DNA of 32,000 nucleotides from Sulfolobus acidocaldarius DSM 639 (GCF_000012285.1 NC_007181.1:210001-242000); one strand, 5' to 3'. Shown: positions 1 to 9,245, counted from the first letter of the stretch. Numbers and translations: made by a program. Notes: generated from the sequence alone by a model not told the origin.

Positions 1-617
1 ATAGGAAAGATCCCATACCTGATGAAGTCTTAGCAAAAATTTTAATGGCTGCACACTTAGCACCATCTGTAGGTTTTTCTCAGCCGTGGAACTTCATAAT
101 TATCAGAGATATAGAAAAAAGGAAGAAGATAAAAGAGCTCGTCCAGAAGGAGAGGGAAAACTTTAGACAACAACTAAGTGAGGAGAGAAAAGAGATTTTT
201 GATAGGATAAAAATAGAGGCAATACTAGATACACCAATTAACATAGCAGTAACATGTGACCCACAAAGGTTTGGTCCTAATGTATTAGGTAGAAGTACTA
301 TGCCTTACTTATGTCAATATAGTACCGTTTTGGCGATCGAAAACCTATGGTTAGCATCTACTGCAGAAGGTATAGGAGTAGGTTGGGTAAGTTTCTTCCA
401 TAAAGAAGACGTAAAGAGAATTTTAAATATTCCTGATTCAGTGGACTTAGTAGCTTACCTCACGTTAGGTTATGTAACTCATTTTCCGGACAGACCTGAA
501 CTAGAGGAAAAGGGATGGCTCAAAAGGTTACCATTAGAGGATTTAGTATTTGAAGACGAATACGGAAAGAGACCATCAGATAACATGGTATTGGCAATCA
601 AGAACGTGAAACTTTGA
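1..617 (+). CDS. BluB-like nitroreductase-family protein (5,6-dimethylbenzimidazole synthase-like), 5' partial
   Basis: The frame stays open upstream of Met45 to the window edge (..[31 protein letters not shown]..). The [12 protein letters not shown] motif and the C-terminal [22 protein letters not shown] segment resemble the BluB/nitroreductase fold. Confidence 0.7.
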   Translation, partial: RKDPIPDEVLAKILMAAHLAPSVGFSQPWNFIIIRDIEKRKKIKELVQKERENFRQQLSEERKEIFDRIKIEAILDTPINIAVTCDPQRFGPNVLGRSTMPYLCQYSTVLAIENLWLASTAEGIGVGWVSFFHKEDVKRILNIPDSVDLVAYLTLGYVTHFPDRPELEEKGWLKRLPLEDLVFEDEYGKRPSDNMVLAIKNVKL

Positions 618-629
618 CGAAAAGAGATT

Positions 630-660
630 GAAAATCTGATTCATTTTCTATTTTACCCTT
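630..660 (+). terminator. Hairpin (GAAAAT-7 nt-ATTTTC) followed by a T-rich tract, downstream of the BluB-like gene
   Basis: The inverted repeat 630-635/643-648 was read directly. It is followed by tattttaccctttaattttt. Archaeal termination favours oligo-T tracts. Confidence 0.25.
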
Positions 661-737
661 TAATTTTTATGGTGTAATGGAAATAAGTAGTTAGAGATGA
701 AGAACCAGTCATGGTTTTACATTAATCATAGATTGAC

Positions 738-971
738 TTAATTTGAGCTTTTCTTAAGCCTCTTAATAATTCTCAGTGTCATCTGACCAATTGAGAAGAC
801 AAGCAAAAATTCTACTGTATACACTATAACTGAATACAATAGGAGAAAAGGTATAGAAGTAGCTAATTCATATACTATCTGTCCATAAATGACTCTTATA
901 GCTTCTATTCCAATCCTTACATCTATAAATGTAAATAGGAGGGACAGTAGAGCGAAAATAACCAACTTCAT
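738..971 (-). CDS. Small hypothetical membrane protein (77 aa, about 2 TM helices, basic C-terminus)
   Basis: The ORF has two hydrophobic segments. A TATA-like element (tatctataagg on the minus strand) lies about 25 nt upstream of the ATG. No recognisable family. Confidence 0.4.
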   Translation of the reverse strand: MKLVIFALLSLLFTFIDVRIGIEAIRVIYGQIVYELATSIPFLLLYSVIVYTVEFLLVFSIGQMTLRIIKRLKKSSN

Positions 972-1083
972 GCTTTTAGTATGGTTTAACCTTATAGATA
1001 AGCTTTACTTTTAGAAAGATCTTATTTTTTAAAAATGTATAAAGTGAAACTTTCGATGAATTACACTTATTCTACCAAAAGTG

Positions 1084-1569
1084 TTAAGAGGCTTTCTTCA
1101 GGTACGTTATAAGTCCACCAGTTATCAATATCTCTAATGGCATTCCTGAAATGCCCTTACCCTTCAATACTTTACTTCCGTTAACTACGATTTCCCCTGT
1201 CTCAACATTTACTCTTACTAGGTCACCCTGATTGATCTCTTTCGTAGCGTTCTGAAGTGTTATTACAGGTAGTCCGTTATTAATAGCGTTTCTGAAGAAA
1301 ATTCTGGCAAATGATTCTGCTATTATTGCCTTTACTCCCGCAGCCTTAAGAGCCATTGCAGCCTGTTCTCTGGAGGATCCCATTCCGAATACCTTCCCTG
1401 CTACAATTATCACTCCTGAAGAGGCTTTCTTATAGAACTCTGGATCTAATGGTTCCATCGCATGCTGGGCTAAATACTGTGGATCAGTATACTTTAGGTA
1501 CTTGGCGGGAATAATAATGTCTGTATCTATTTTGTCTCCAAATTTTAGGACTTTAGCTTCTATTATCAT
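1084..1569 (-). CDS. leuD: 3-isopropylmalate / homoaconitate dehydratase small subunit (aconitase swivel domain)
   Basis: 161 aa with [15 protein letters not shown] and [18 protein letters not shown] motifs typical of archaeal LeuD/HacB. It overlaps the large-subunit stop by 1 nt. Confidence 0.85.
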   Translation of the reverse strand: MIIEAKVLKFGDKIDTDIIIPAKYLKYTDPQYLAQHAMEPLDPEFYKKASSGVIIVAGKVFGMGSSREQAAMALKAAGVKAIIAESFARIFFRNAINNGLPVITLQNATKEINQGDLVRVNVETGEIVVNGSKVLKGKGISGMPLEILITGGLITYLKKAS

Positions 1570-2813
1570 TATAATCTCCTCGGGTCAGTTATTTTACCTT
1601 CTAATGCGGTAGCCGCAGCCACTGCGGGTCCTGATAGATAGACTTTTGCGTCAGGACTTCCCATTCTTCCTTTGAAGTTTCTTGAACTTGTTGAGATTAT
1701 TGTCTCTCCTGGACCCGCTATACCAAAGTGTCCTCCTAAACATGGACCGCATGTCCCATAAGTTATTATAGCCCCAGCATCAGCTAACGTCTGCACATAA
1801 CCTAGCTCTAATGCTTTCTTGAACAGCTGATAAGAGGCTGGAATCACAATTGTTCTTGTTTTAACTTTCTTTCCTTTCAATATCTTAGCTGCCATCTCAA
1901 GATCGCTTATTCTTCCGTTGGTGCAAGATCCTATGAAAACTTGATCTACTGGTGTACCTTCTACCTCATTTACGCTCTTTACGTTATCTACACTATGAGG
2001 AGCAGCAACTAGAGGGTCTAATTTAGATAGATCAATATTATATTCATCAACATATTTTGCATCTGAATCAGGAGTCACCATCTGTGGCTCATATCCTCTA
2101 GCTGTCTTTATGTAGTTGAATGTTTCCTGGTCTGGAACAAACATCAATGCATCTGCATTCATTTCAATACCCATATTAGAGACTGTAGCTCTGAAGTCCA
2201 TTGGTACGGCTGAGGGCTCTTTCACGAAAATCTCAAGAGACATTCCGTTAAAGTAATCAGCCTTAAAGTCCCCTAAAATCTTAAGGGCTATATCCTTACC
2301 ATTTATCCATCTGGCTGGCTTTCCCTCCAGTGTTATCTTAAATGGCTGTGGAACCATTACCCATGTCTTTCCAGTTATAACTGCTGCTGCTACGTCACTT
2401 GCTCCTAAACCTTGCGCGAATGCCCCAACAGCACCTGATGTGCTGGTGTGACTATCTGCTGCTACTATAACCTGACCAGGATTAGCATACCTCTCGATCA
2501 TTATCTGGTGTAATATTCCTGAGTTTATATCATAGAAGTTAGGCACTGATGTTTTCTTTACGAAGTTTCTAATTTGCCCTTGAATTTCTGCACTCCTTAC
2601 ATCTGGGGGTGGTGCTAGGTGGTCGAAAGCTATAACTAACTTCTCTCTATCAAATACTTTGAGAGTTCCCACATCTTCCATTACTTCTATGACATGATAT
2701 CCAGTTAAATCATGAAATGCGACCAGATCTACTTTTATTTCTGTTACATCTCCTGGAGAGACATTTTTACCTGAAGCCCTACTTAATATTTTTTCCGTAA
2801 GAGTTTGTGGCAT
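1569..2813 (-). CDS. leuC: 3-isopropylmalate / homoaconitate dehydratase large subunit
   Basis: 414 aa with [32 protein letters not shown] and [10 protein letters not shown] motifs (Fe-S ligand cysteines of the aconitase family). Leucine versus lysine (AAA) pathway cannot be resolved from sequence. Confidence 0.9.
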
Positions 2814-2876
2814 TAGGTTTATTAGAAACTATAGTAGAAAATAAATATTACTTTAAAGATTAGTTCTAACTTAAAA

Positions 2877-3713
2877 CTATTTAGTCATTAAAAGATTCTT
2901 TTTCTTCTCCCTGCTCTTTTCTGCTATCTTTGATGCATAAGCTCCTCCAAAGTAAAGCATGGAGAGAATAATCCCTATGATAGTTTCAATTATACCGCCT
3001 GTAGTGCCAGGAGATATAATATACGCAACAATAAAGGATATTAGTACACCCCACCTCCAATTTTTAAACCATGTTGACGACTTTATCAATCCCACCAGGG
3101 TGAGCATATACATTATAAGAGGCATTTCAAATGCAATTCCTGTACCAGCCATTAATAGTATTATAGTACTTATATATGAGTTAAATCCTAGCGTAGGTTC
3201 AACTCCCAGTGAGACGTCAAGCCTATATATGAATATTAACATAAAGGGTAAAAGCATAAAGTAGGCGAATGCTGAGCCGGCTACAAATAATAGCATTCCT
3301 GGAGTTACTAACTTCCTAAAAGTCCTCTTTTCATGCTCATATAACCCCGGAGACACGAATGCCCAAAATTCCCTCAATAAAATGGGCAAAGAAGAGAAAA
3401 TTGATAAGTAGACCGAAACAGTTATTGTGGTCAGTAAAGCTTCAAATGGAGATAAGGTTATTAGGATCAAGTCTTTTGGAATTGGTCTCATTAAGACCAC
3501 TCTAGTGAATTGGACTGATATGCTGTCATATAATGTAGGATAAAGTATGGGTATAGAGTAAGTTCCGATTTTAATAGTTGTAATTCCAAATGTGGTGTAA
3601 ATTGTAAGGAAGACAAGAAATGAGATTATAACTCTCCTTGTTCTGCGTAATAACTCCCTTATATGCTCTATTAATGGTTGCTCTTTATCCTCCCTTGCCT
3701 TCTGATAACTCAT
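2877..3713 (-). CDS. tatC: Twin-arginine translocase subunit TatC
   Basis: 278 aa, about 6 TM helices, with the N-terminal PLIEHIRELLRRTRRVIISFLVF signature typical of TatC. It sits in an operon with tatA genes. Confidence 0.85.
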   Translation of the reverse strand: MSYQKAREDKEQPLIEHIRELLRRTRRVIISFLVFLTIYTTFGITTIKIGTYSIPILYPTLYDSISVQFTRVVLMRPIPKDLILITLSPFEALLTTITVSVYLSIFSSLPILLREFWAFVSPGLYEHEKRTFRKLVTPGMLLFVAGSAFAYFMLLPFMLIFIYRLDVSLGVEPTLGFNSYISTIILLMAGTGIAFEMPLIMYMLTLVGLIKSSTWFKNWRWGVLISFIVAYIISPGTTGGIIETIIGIILSMLYFGGAYASKIAEKSREKKKNLLMTK

Positions 3714-4068
3714 TGTCTACTCCTCTATTCTTCTTAAGCTCATTTAACTCTTTCTCAAGCTCCTTGATCCTCTGCTCAAGCATATCCATCTTATAGTCCT
3801 TAATACTGTAATTTACTGGTGTATCATTGGTTGTCTCATAATACATAGTTCTCGAAACTTCAGAAAGAGGTCTAACTATTTCCTCATTGCTTTGAGCAAT
3901 TTCATTGAATTCACGTTTTAGTTCATTTACAATCTCAGTCTGCTTTCTCCTTAATTCATTGTATGTCTTTACCACGTTTTTAATGGTGGATATAGAGTTT
4001 TTGTCACCTGCTAATAGAATTATACCTAACACAATTATGATCAAAAAACCATCTATTGAAGAAACCAA
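3685..4068 (-). CDS. TatA/TatB-like membrane protein with a long coiled-coil tail (divergent)
   Basis: It has an N-terminal TM helix plus hinge (GFLIIIVLGIILLAGDKN) followed by an amphipathic/coiled-coil region (LEQRIKELEKELNELKK). It lies between tatA and tatC and overlaps the tatC start by 29 nt. Confidence 0.4.
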   Translation of the reverse strand: MVSSIDGFLIIIVLGIILLAGDKNSISTIKNVVKTYNELRRKQTEIVNELKREFNEIAQSNEEIVRPLSEVSRTMYYETTNDTPVNYSIKDYKMDMLEQRIKELEKELNELKKNRGVDNELSEGKGG

Positions 4069-4095
4069 TAACTTTCACCATTATCAGCTCTGCTG

Positions 4096-4386
4096 TTAGC
4101 TCTGTCCACTCTGCTGTTTTTGTTTCTTTAACTCCTCTAACTCTCTCTGTAAATCTTGAATCTTCTTTTGAAGTTCTGCCTCTTTATCAACGGGTTGCTG
4201 AGCCTGTTGAGCTTGTTGCATTTGCATTAGCTCCATCTCAGCCTCCATCTTGCCTTTCTTGAATTCACCGACAGATTTCCCAAGTGATCTGAACAGCTCA
4301 GGAAGTTTTGTTGCTCCAAAGAACAGTATGGCAGCTACAATAAGCACAACTAACAATTGATCCCAGTTGCCAAACATATTTATCAT
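4096..4386 (-). CDS. tatA: Twin-arginine translocase subunit TatA/E
   Basis: MFGNWDQLLVVLIVAAILFFGATKLPELFRSLGKSVGEFKKG is a canonical TatA TM, hinge and amphipathic helix. The C-terminal tail is Gln-rich and coiled-coil. Confidence 0.8.
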   Translation of the reverse strand: MINMFGNWDQLLVVLIVAAILFFGATKLPELFRSLGKSVGEFKKGKMEAEMELMQMQQAQQAQQPVDKEAELQKKIQDLQRELEELKKQKQQSGQS

Positions 4387-4403
4387 TATATATCTCGTTT
4401 CGC

Positions 4404-4413
4404 TATTTATAAA
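4404..4413 (-). promoter_or_regulatory. TATA box (TTTATAAATA on the minus strand) for the tatA operon
   Basis: Its centre is about 23 nt upstream of the tatA ATG (4386), which fits a leaderless Sulfolobales transcript. Confidence 0.35.
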
Positions 4414-4548
4414 CTTTTTTCACAATTAATTTATCGTTGTTCTTCAGCTAAAAGCTAACTGAGTTTGCAGGTAAGAAACTATCTTGCGCCTAAAGTTAAA
4501 TTATACAACGAGAATTTCTTTAGATACTATTAGATTTTGAAGAAAAGC

Positions 4549-4557
4549 TTTTAAATA
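4549..4557 (+). promoter_or_regulatory. TATA box (TTTTAAATA) for the ABC transporter operon
   Basis: The A/T box is preceded by purine-rich BRE-like gaaaagc. The predicted TSS is near 4578-4585, about 75 nt upstream of the first canonical in-frame start (GTG 4660). Confidence 0.35.
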
Positions 4558-4659
4558 CTTCAAGTTAAGAGACGGATTGGGCGGTGGTAAGTTGGAAGAA
4601 TCCTAGAGGGCATTAATCTAGGTTACGCTTATGTAGACGCAAACTTCGTATTCAGGAAT

Positions 4660-5376
4660 GTGAATCTTGAGACTCATGAAAATGAGCTGGTCAGTATTGT
4701 GGGACCTTCAGGTATAGGTAAATCTACCCTTCTGAGAATATTAGGCGGATTTACACTCCCAACAGAAGGAGAGGTAAGGTTAGAGGGTAACAAGATCACT
4801 AAACCAACACCAAAGATATCCTTGATTCATCAATCCATAGTTACTTTTCCTTGGATGACAGCTCTCGATAATGTTAAGTTAGGGTTAAAATATAGGAAGT
4901 TACCTAAAGAGGAGGAAAATAAGATAGCTAAAAGAATGTTAGAGTTAGTTGGTCTATCAGGGTTCGAAAACTTCTATCCTAAACAACTAAGCGGGGGAAT
5001 GAGGCAGAGAGTAGCTATTGCCAGAGCACTAGTAGCCGATCCTCTTGTCCTTCTTATGGACGAGCCCTTCTCTCACTTAGATGAGTTAACCGCAGAAGGA
5101 CTGAGGCAAGAGATATATCAATTGTTATTCAGTGAGGAGGTCCCTTTAAAGTCCGTGGTTTTAGTTTCACATAATTTGAATGAGGTAGTCGAACTTGCAG
5201 ACAGGGTGTATATACTCAACGGTTTTCCCGCTACAGTAATAGGTGAGGTAAAGATCGAATTAGAAAGACCGAGGGATCCCAAGGATACAAAGTTTACTGA
5301 GTACGTTGATGTACTTTATAAACTCCTTAGTCCCAAAGCAAAGAAAGTTAGTGACTCCAAGGGTGAACTAATATGA
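4660..5376 (+). CDS. ABC transporter ATP-binding protein, NitT/TauT (nitrate/sulfonate/bicarbonate) type; 5' end uncertain
   Basis: Walker A GPSGIGKST, Q-loop, signature LSGGMRQRVAIARAL and Walker B LLLMDEPFSHLD are all present. ABC-like sequence continues in frame upstream to 4591 with no canonical start (see findings). Confidence 0.85.
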   Translation: MNLETHENELVSIVGPSGIGKSTLLRILGGFTLPTEGEVRLEGNKITKPTPKISLIHQSIVTFPWMTALDNVKLGLKYRKLPKEEENKIAKRMLELVGLSGFENFYPKQLSGGMRQRVAIARALVADPLVLLMDEPFSHLDELTAEGLRQEIYQLLFSEEVPLKSVVLVSHNLNEVVELADRVYILNGFPATVIGEVKIELERPRDPKDTKFTEYVDVLYKLLSPKAKKVSDSKGELI

Positions 5377-7004
5377 GTGTAATCTTAGAAACTGTAATTG
5401 CTACTCTATTTACTCTAGGTAGAGTATGGATAACTATTGCCCTATCCATCATCACCGGTTGGTTTTTAGGTTATCTGGCTATTAAGAGCCACGTGGTAGA
5501 GAATATATACGTGAGTCTCATTGAGATTTTTGAGTCGGTGCCCGTATTCAGTTTCTTACCTATAGTTCTTATATTCTTCGTGTTCACAATTGGGGGAAAT
5601 TTAGGTATTCAGTTAGCGGTTTTGTTTCTTGTATTCACCGCAGTAGTATGGAATATTTGGATGGGTATTTACCAAGCATATAAGACTATTCCCCAGGATA
5701 TGTTAGAGGTCTCTGAAAACTATAGATTTTCACTTATGGACAAATTCTCAAAGCTATACATACCCTACAGCATGCCACGCATTGCCTCAAACTTATTTCC
5801 GAGTTTCGTCAACGCTCTATTTTACATAACTGTGAGTGAAGTATTCAGCATAGGGAATTCACAGTATCAGGTTTTCGGAATTGGTTCTCTTATAAATTAC
5901 TTTGTGAATAATGGGCTGTACAATGACGCTCTTATCGGAATAGTCATTTTGATCATATGGGTTATAATATTTACTCTCGTATTGAGAGAGCTAGCTGAGT
6001 ATATCATTTCAAGATTCGGGCTAGATACTGAGATTAAAGTTAGAAAAAGAGGGAGGCTTAGTATTCGCTATTCCTCCAGGATAAGTAGTGGTCTCTCCAC
6101 AATAGTCAAGTTAGGAAAAGCTTTCACCATACCTGTTGCTAGAAGAAGTGTTAGACAAGTGAGAGTAGAGGAGGAAAAGGAAAGAAGTAGAGCGGCTAAT
6201 TTATGGAAATACGTAGGTATCTCAATATCCGTCTTAATCCTGTCATTTATTTTATATGGCTCTATCTCTGTCATAATATCAGTACCGTTAGCTACTTGGT
6301 CATATTTAGTATCTAACACTCCTTTTGCTTTACTTTCAATAGCTGTGGATTACATAAGGGTCGCAGTAGTTACTTTAATTTCATTACTGATCACAATCTT
6401 CCTAGGCTACTTTATAGTTGTACACAAGAGAATAGAGAGAGTAATACTACCACTAATTCAAATTGTTGCTGCAATTCCAGCCCCTGTCTATTTTCCGTTT
6501 CTTTATGCATTTTCCATATCTTTTATAAGCCATTTGTTCGGAGCGTTTACTAACGAGTTTTATGTTCTACTCCTTGGATTCTTATCTACCTTCTATTACT
6601 CATTTTTCAGCTACTACATAGGAGTTACCAGTATGCCTGTTCAGTTTTGGGAGATAATGAAAAATTACGAATTGTCATTTTGGCAGAAGCTTAGGCAAAT
6701 AATCTTACCTTCCACAATGCCCTATCTCATAACAGGGATAACTTCCACAGTAAATAGCACTTGGGGAGGCTTAGCCATAGCAGAGTATTGGCCAAATATC
6801 ACGCAAGATCACAATCTATATGTGAGGACGGGTTTAATGAAGGATATTGTCTTATTTACAAATCAAGGCGAAATTGCGTTAGCATCATGGTTTTCGTTGA
6901 TTTTTGCCATAGTAGTTGTTGTCTACTCTATTTTATTCACGAGAAAACTTATGGATTTAGCTAGGAAAAAATATATTGCTGAGGAAGGAGTTTATTTAGC
7001 ATAA
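5373..7004 (+). CDS. ABC transporter permease with a duplicated transmembrane domain (anion-transporter type)
   Basis: 543 aa made of two polytopic halves separated by a basic linker (KVRKRGRLSIRYSS..EEEKERSR). It overlaps the ATPase stop by 4 nt. Confidence 0.8.
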   Translation: MSVILETVIATLFTLGRVWITIALSIITGWFLGYLAIKSHVVENIYVSLIEIFESVPVFSFLPIVLIFFVFTIGGNLGIQLAVLFLVFTAVVWNIWMGIYQAYKTIPQDMLEVSENYRFSLMDKFSKLYIPYSMPRIASNLFPSFVNALFYITVSEVFSIGNSQYQVFGIGSLINYFVNNGLYNDALIGIVILIIWVIIFTLVLRELAEYIISRFGLDTEIKVRKRGRLSIRYSSRISSGLSTIVKLGKAFTIPVARRSVRQVRVEEEKERSRAANLWKYVGISISVLILSFILYGSISVIISVPLATWSYLVSNTPFALLSIAVDYIRVAVVTLISLLITIFLGYFIVVHKRIERVILPLIQIVAAIPAPVYFPFLYAFSISFISHLFGAFTNEFYVLLLGFLSTFYYSFFSYYIGVTSMPVQFWEIMKNYELSFWQKLRQIILPSTMPYLITGITSTVNSTWGGLAIAEYWPNITQDHNLYVRTGLMKDIVLFTNQGEIALASWFSLIFAIVVVVYSILFTRKLMDLARKKYIAEEGVYLA

Positions 7005-7032
7005 ACTTATTTCTTTCTAAGTACTCCTAATT

Positions 7033-7090
7033 GTGAATGATGTGGAATCCGGGATCTGAGAATGATGACAAAAAGCGCGAGCGCTGATTA
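7033..7090 (+). ncRNA. Candidate C/D box sRNA (2'-O-methylation guide)
   Basis: Boxes read directly: C-like AUGAUGU 7037-7043, 12-nt spacer, D' CUGA 7056-7059, C' AUGAUGA 7062-7068, 15-nt spacer, D CUGA 7084-7087. The total of about 55 nt is typical of archaeal sRNAs. It lies between the permease stop and the accC promoter. Confidence 0.5.
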
Positions 7091-7168
7091 TAATTTGATC
7101 TGTAATGAGAAAAATTGGATGTATAAATTTTTTATATCTGTTTATGCTTATATAACTTAGTTGATTTT

Positions 7169-8701
7169 ATGCCCCCGTTCGGAAAAGTCTTGGTCGCAAA
7201 TAGGGGAGAAATAGCAATAAGGGTAATGAAAGCCGTAAAGGAAATGGGAATGAAAGCAGTTGCAGTGTACTCAGAGGCTGACAAGAACTCTCTTCATGTC
7301 AAGTACGCTGATGAAGCCTACTATATAGGACCTTCTCCGGCAATTCAAAGCTACTTGAATATAGAGTCAATTATCAGCGTAGCTGAGAAAGCACATGTTG
7401 ATGCAGTTCATCCGGGTTATGGGTTCCTGTCTGAAAGGGCAGATTTCGCAGAAGCAGTGGAAAAGGCAGGGGTGGTGTTCATAGGACCTTCTCCCCATGC
7501 AATGAACTCCATTAAAAGTAAACTTGACGGAAAGAGACTTGCAAAGGCTTCTGGAGTTCCCATATCACCTGGTTCTGATGGACCAGTGGAGAATTTAGAT
7601 GAGGCTATTAAGATAGCAGATAGGATAGGCTACCCTATAATGGTGAAAGCAGCCTATGGAGGAGGAGGCACAGGTATAACTAAGGTAGATTCTCAAGAGC
7701 AACTTATTGAGGTTTGGGAGAGAAATAAGAGATTGGCATACCAGGCATTTGGAAAAGCTGACTTATATATAGAGAAAGCCGCAGTAAATCCTAGACACAT
7801 AGAGTTTCAACTCATAGGAGATAAATATGGCAATTATGTGGTTGCATGGGAGAGAGAATGCACGATACAGAGGAGAAATCAAAAACTAATTGAAGAAGCC
7901 CCCTCACCTGTAGTTAAGATGGAAGAGAGAGAAAGAATGTTTGAACCTATAATGAAATTTGGGCAACTAATAAGATATCACACCTTAGGTACATTCGAGA
8001 CAGTGTTCTCCGATGTAAGCAGAGAGTTTTACTTCCTTGAGTTAAACAAGAGGTTACAAGTTGAACATCCAATAACAGAGACCATATTCAGAATAGATCT
8101 AGTGAAATTACAGATAAGACTAGCTGCAGATGAACATTTACCCTTCACACAAGAGGAGTTGAATAAGAGGGTAAGAGGACACGCAATAGAATATAGAATT
8201 AACTCAGAGGATCCAATGAGTGATTTTTCGGGAAGTTCAGGAACTATTACCTATTACGAGGAGCCATCAGGACCTGGAGTTAGAGTAGACAGTGGAATCA
8301 CCTTAGGCAGTTATGTTCCACCTTTCTACGATTCATTAATAGCTAAGTTGATAGTTTACGGTGAAGATAGGATCTCAGCACTACAGTCAGGGCAAAGGGC
8401 TCTGAGCGATTTCAAAATTGGTGGTGTAAAAACGACAATAGAATTATATAAATGGATAACGAGAGAAGAAGATTTTGTAAATGCCAAATTTACTACCGCA
8501 TACATAAGTCAGAAAAGCAAGGAGTTTTTAGAATACCTGAAGAGAAAAGAGATGACTAAAGCTGTTATAGCATCAGTCATGTACAGTAAAGGATATGTTA
8601 AAAAGAGTGGTAACGGCAAAAAGGAGACAGTTTCAAACAATAAAAACAAATGGAAGACTTATGGAATAATGTCACAATCTTCATATAGGGTGTTGTGGTA
8701 A
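7169..8701 (+). CDS. accC: Acetyl-CoA/propionyl-CoA carboxylase, biotin carboxylase subunit
   Basis: 510 aa with KVLVANRGEIAIRV, an ATP-grasp glycine loop (KAAYGGGGTGI) and ELNKRLQVEHPITE motifs. Confidence 0.92.
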   Translation: MPPFGKVLVANRGEIAIRVMKAVKEMGMKAVAVYSEADKNSLHVKYADEAYYIGPSPAIQSYLNIESIISVAEKAHVDAVHPGYGFLSERADFAEAVEKAGVVFIGPSPHAMNSIKSKLDGKRLAKASGVPISPGSDGPVENLDEAIKIADRIGYPIMVKAAYGGGGTGITKVDSQEQLIEVWERNKRLAYQAFGKADLYIEKAAVNPRHIEFQLIGDKYGNYVVAWERECTIQRRNQKLIEEAPSPVVKMEERERMFEPIMKFGQLIRYHTLGTFETVFSDVSREFYFLELNKRLQVEHPITETIFRIDLVKLQIRLAADEHLPFTQEELNKRVRGHAIEYRINSEDPMSDFSGSSGTITYYEEPSGPGVRVDSGITLGSYVPPFYDSLIAKLIVYGEDRISALQSGQRALSDFKIGGVKTTIELYKWITREEDFVNAKFTTAYISQKSKEFLEYLKRKEMTKAVIASVMYSKGYVKKSGNGKKETVSNNKNKWKTYGIMSQSSYRVLW

Positions 8702-9204
8702 TGAAGATTATAAAAGTAGTTACAGATCAGGGAGATTCTTACACTTTTGCTACAGAGAAGAGGGATAATAAGGATTTAATGAAAGCGGAGGGAGCAGAAT
8801 TTGAGGTTGAATACCTGGGAGCTGGATGGAGAGAGGGAGAACATTTAGTAAAAGTCAATGGCGAAGTACATACTGTCTCCATAATTAATGGTCATTTAGT
8901 TATTGATAACGAGACGTTATTCAAAGTTGATAGGGTTATTGAGGAATCTCTAGGTGAAAAAGTGTCATTTGAGGAATTATTTAAGGGTAAGGAGGGAGAG
9001 ATCGTTTCACCTCTACAGGGTAGAATTGTCCAGATAAGGGTAAAGGAGGGAGATGCAGTAAATAAGGGTCAGCCCTTATTATCGATTGAGGCTATGAAGA
9101 GTGAAACAGTAATATCAGCACCTAAAGGAGGAGTTGTGAAAAAAGTTTTGATAAAACCTGGACAGGGCGTTAAGAAGGGAGACCTTCTCTTGATAATTGA
9201 ATAG
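8701..9204 (+). CDS. accB: Biotin carboxyl carrier protein
   Basis: The C-terminal biotinyl domain carries IEAMKSE (biotinyl-lysine motif). ATG 8701 overlaps the accC stop (TAATG). An in-frame GTG at 8695 is an alternative start. Confidence 0.88.
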   Translation: MKIIKVVTDQGDSYTFATEKRDNKDLMKAEGAEFEVEYLGAGWREGEHLVKVNGEVHTVSIINGHLVIDNETLFKVDRVIEESLGEKVSFEELFKGKEGEIVSPLQGRIVQIRVKEGDAVNKGQPLLSIEAMKSETVISAPKGGVVKKVLIKPGQGVKKGDLLLIIE

Positions 9205-9210
9205 TTATGG

Positions 9211-9218
9211 GGTGAGGT
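9211..9218 (+). promoter_or_regulatory. Shine-Dalgarno-like GGTGAGGT upstream of pccB
   Basis: The sequence matches the Sulfolobales GGTGA-type SD motif. It lies 11 nt upstream of in-frame ATT 9222 (first G to A) but 28-35 nt upstream of TTG 9246. Confidence 0.4.
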
Positions 9219-9245
9219 CAAATTACATCTACATATGATAAAATA

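Noticed and set aside
4420-4548. The 273-bp tatA/ABC intergenic region, screened for a tRNA or sRNA (for example the AGCT-AAA-AGCT mini-hairpin at about 4446-4456).
   Set aside because: Only a 4-bp stem is present. There is no tRNA cloverleaf or T-loop (GGTTCRAATCC) and no C/D or H/ACA boxes. The region is adequately explained by two divergent promoters.
7074-7085. A GC-rich near-palindrome, AGCGC-GA-GCGCT, as a possible transcription-factor site upstream of the acc operon.
   Set aside because: It lies entirely inside the putative D-guide of the C/D box sRNA candidate and about 85 nt upstream of the accC start. The palindrome is imperfect at the centre. I keep it only as an alternative explanation if the sRNA call fails.
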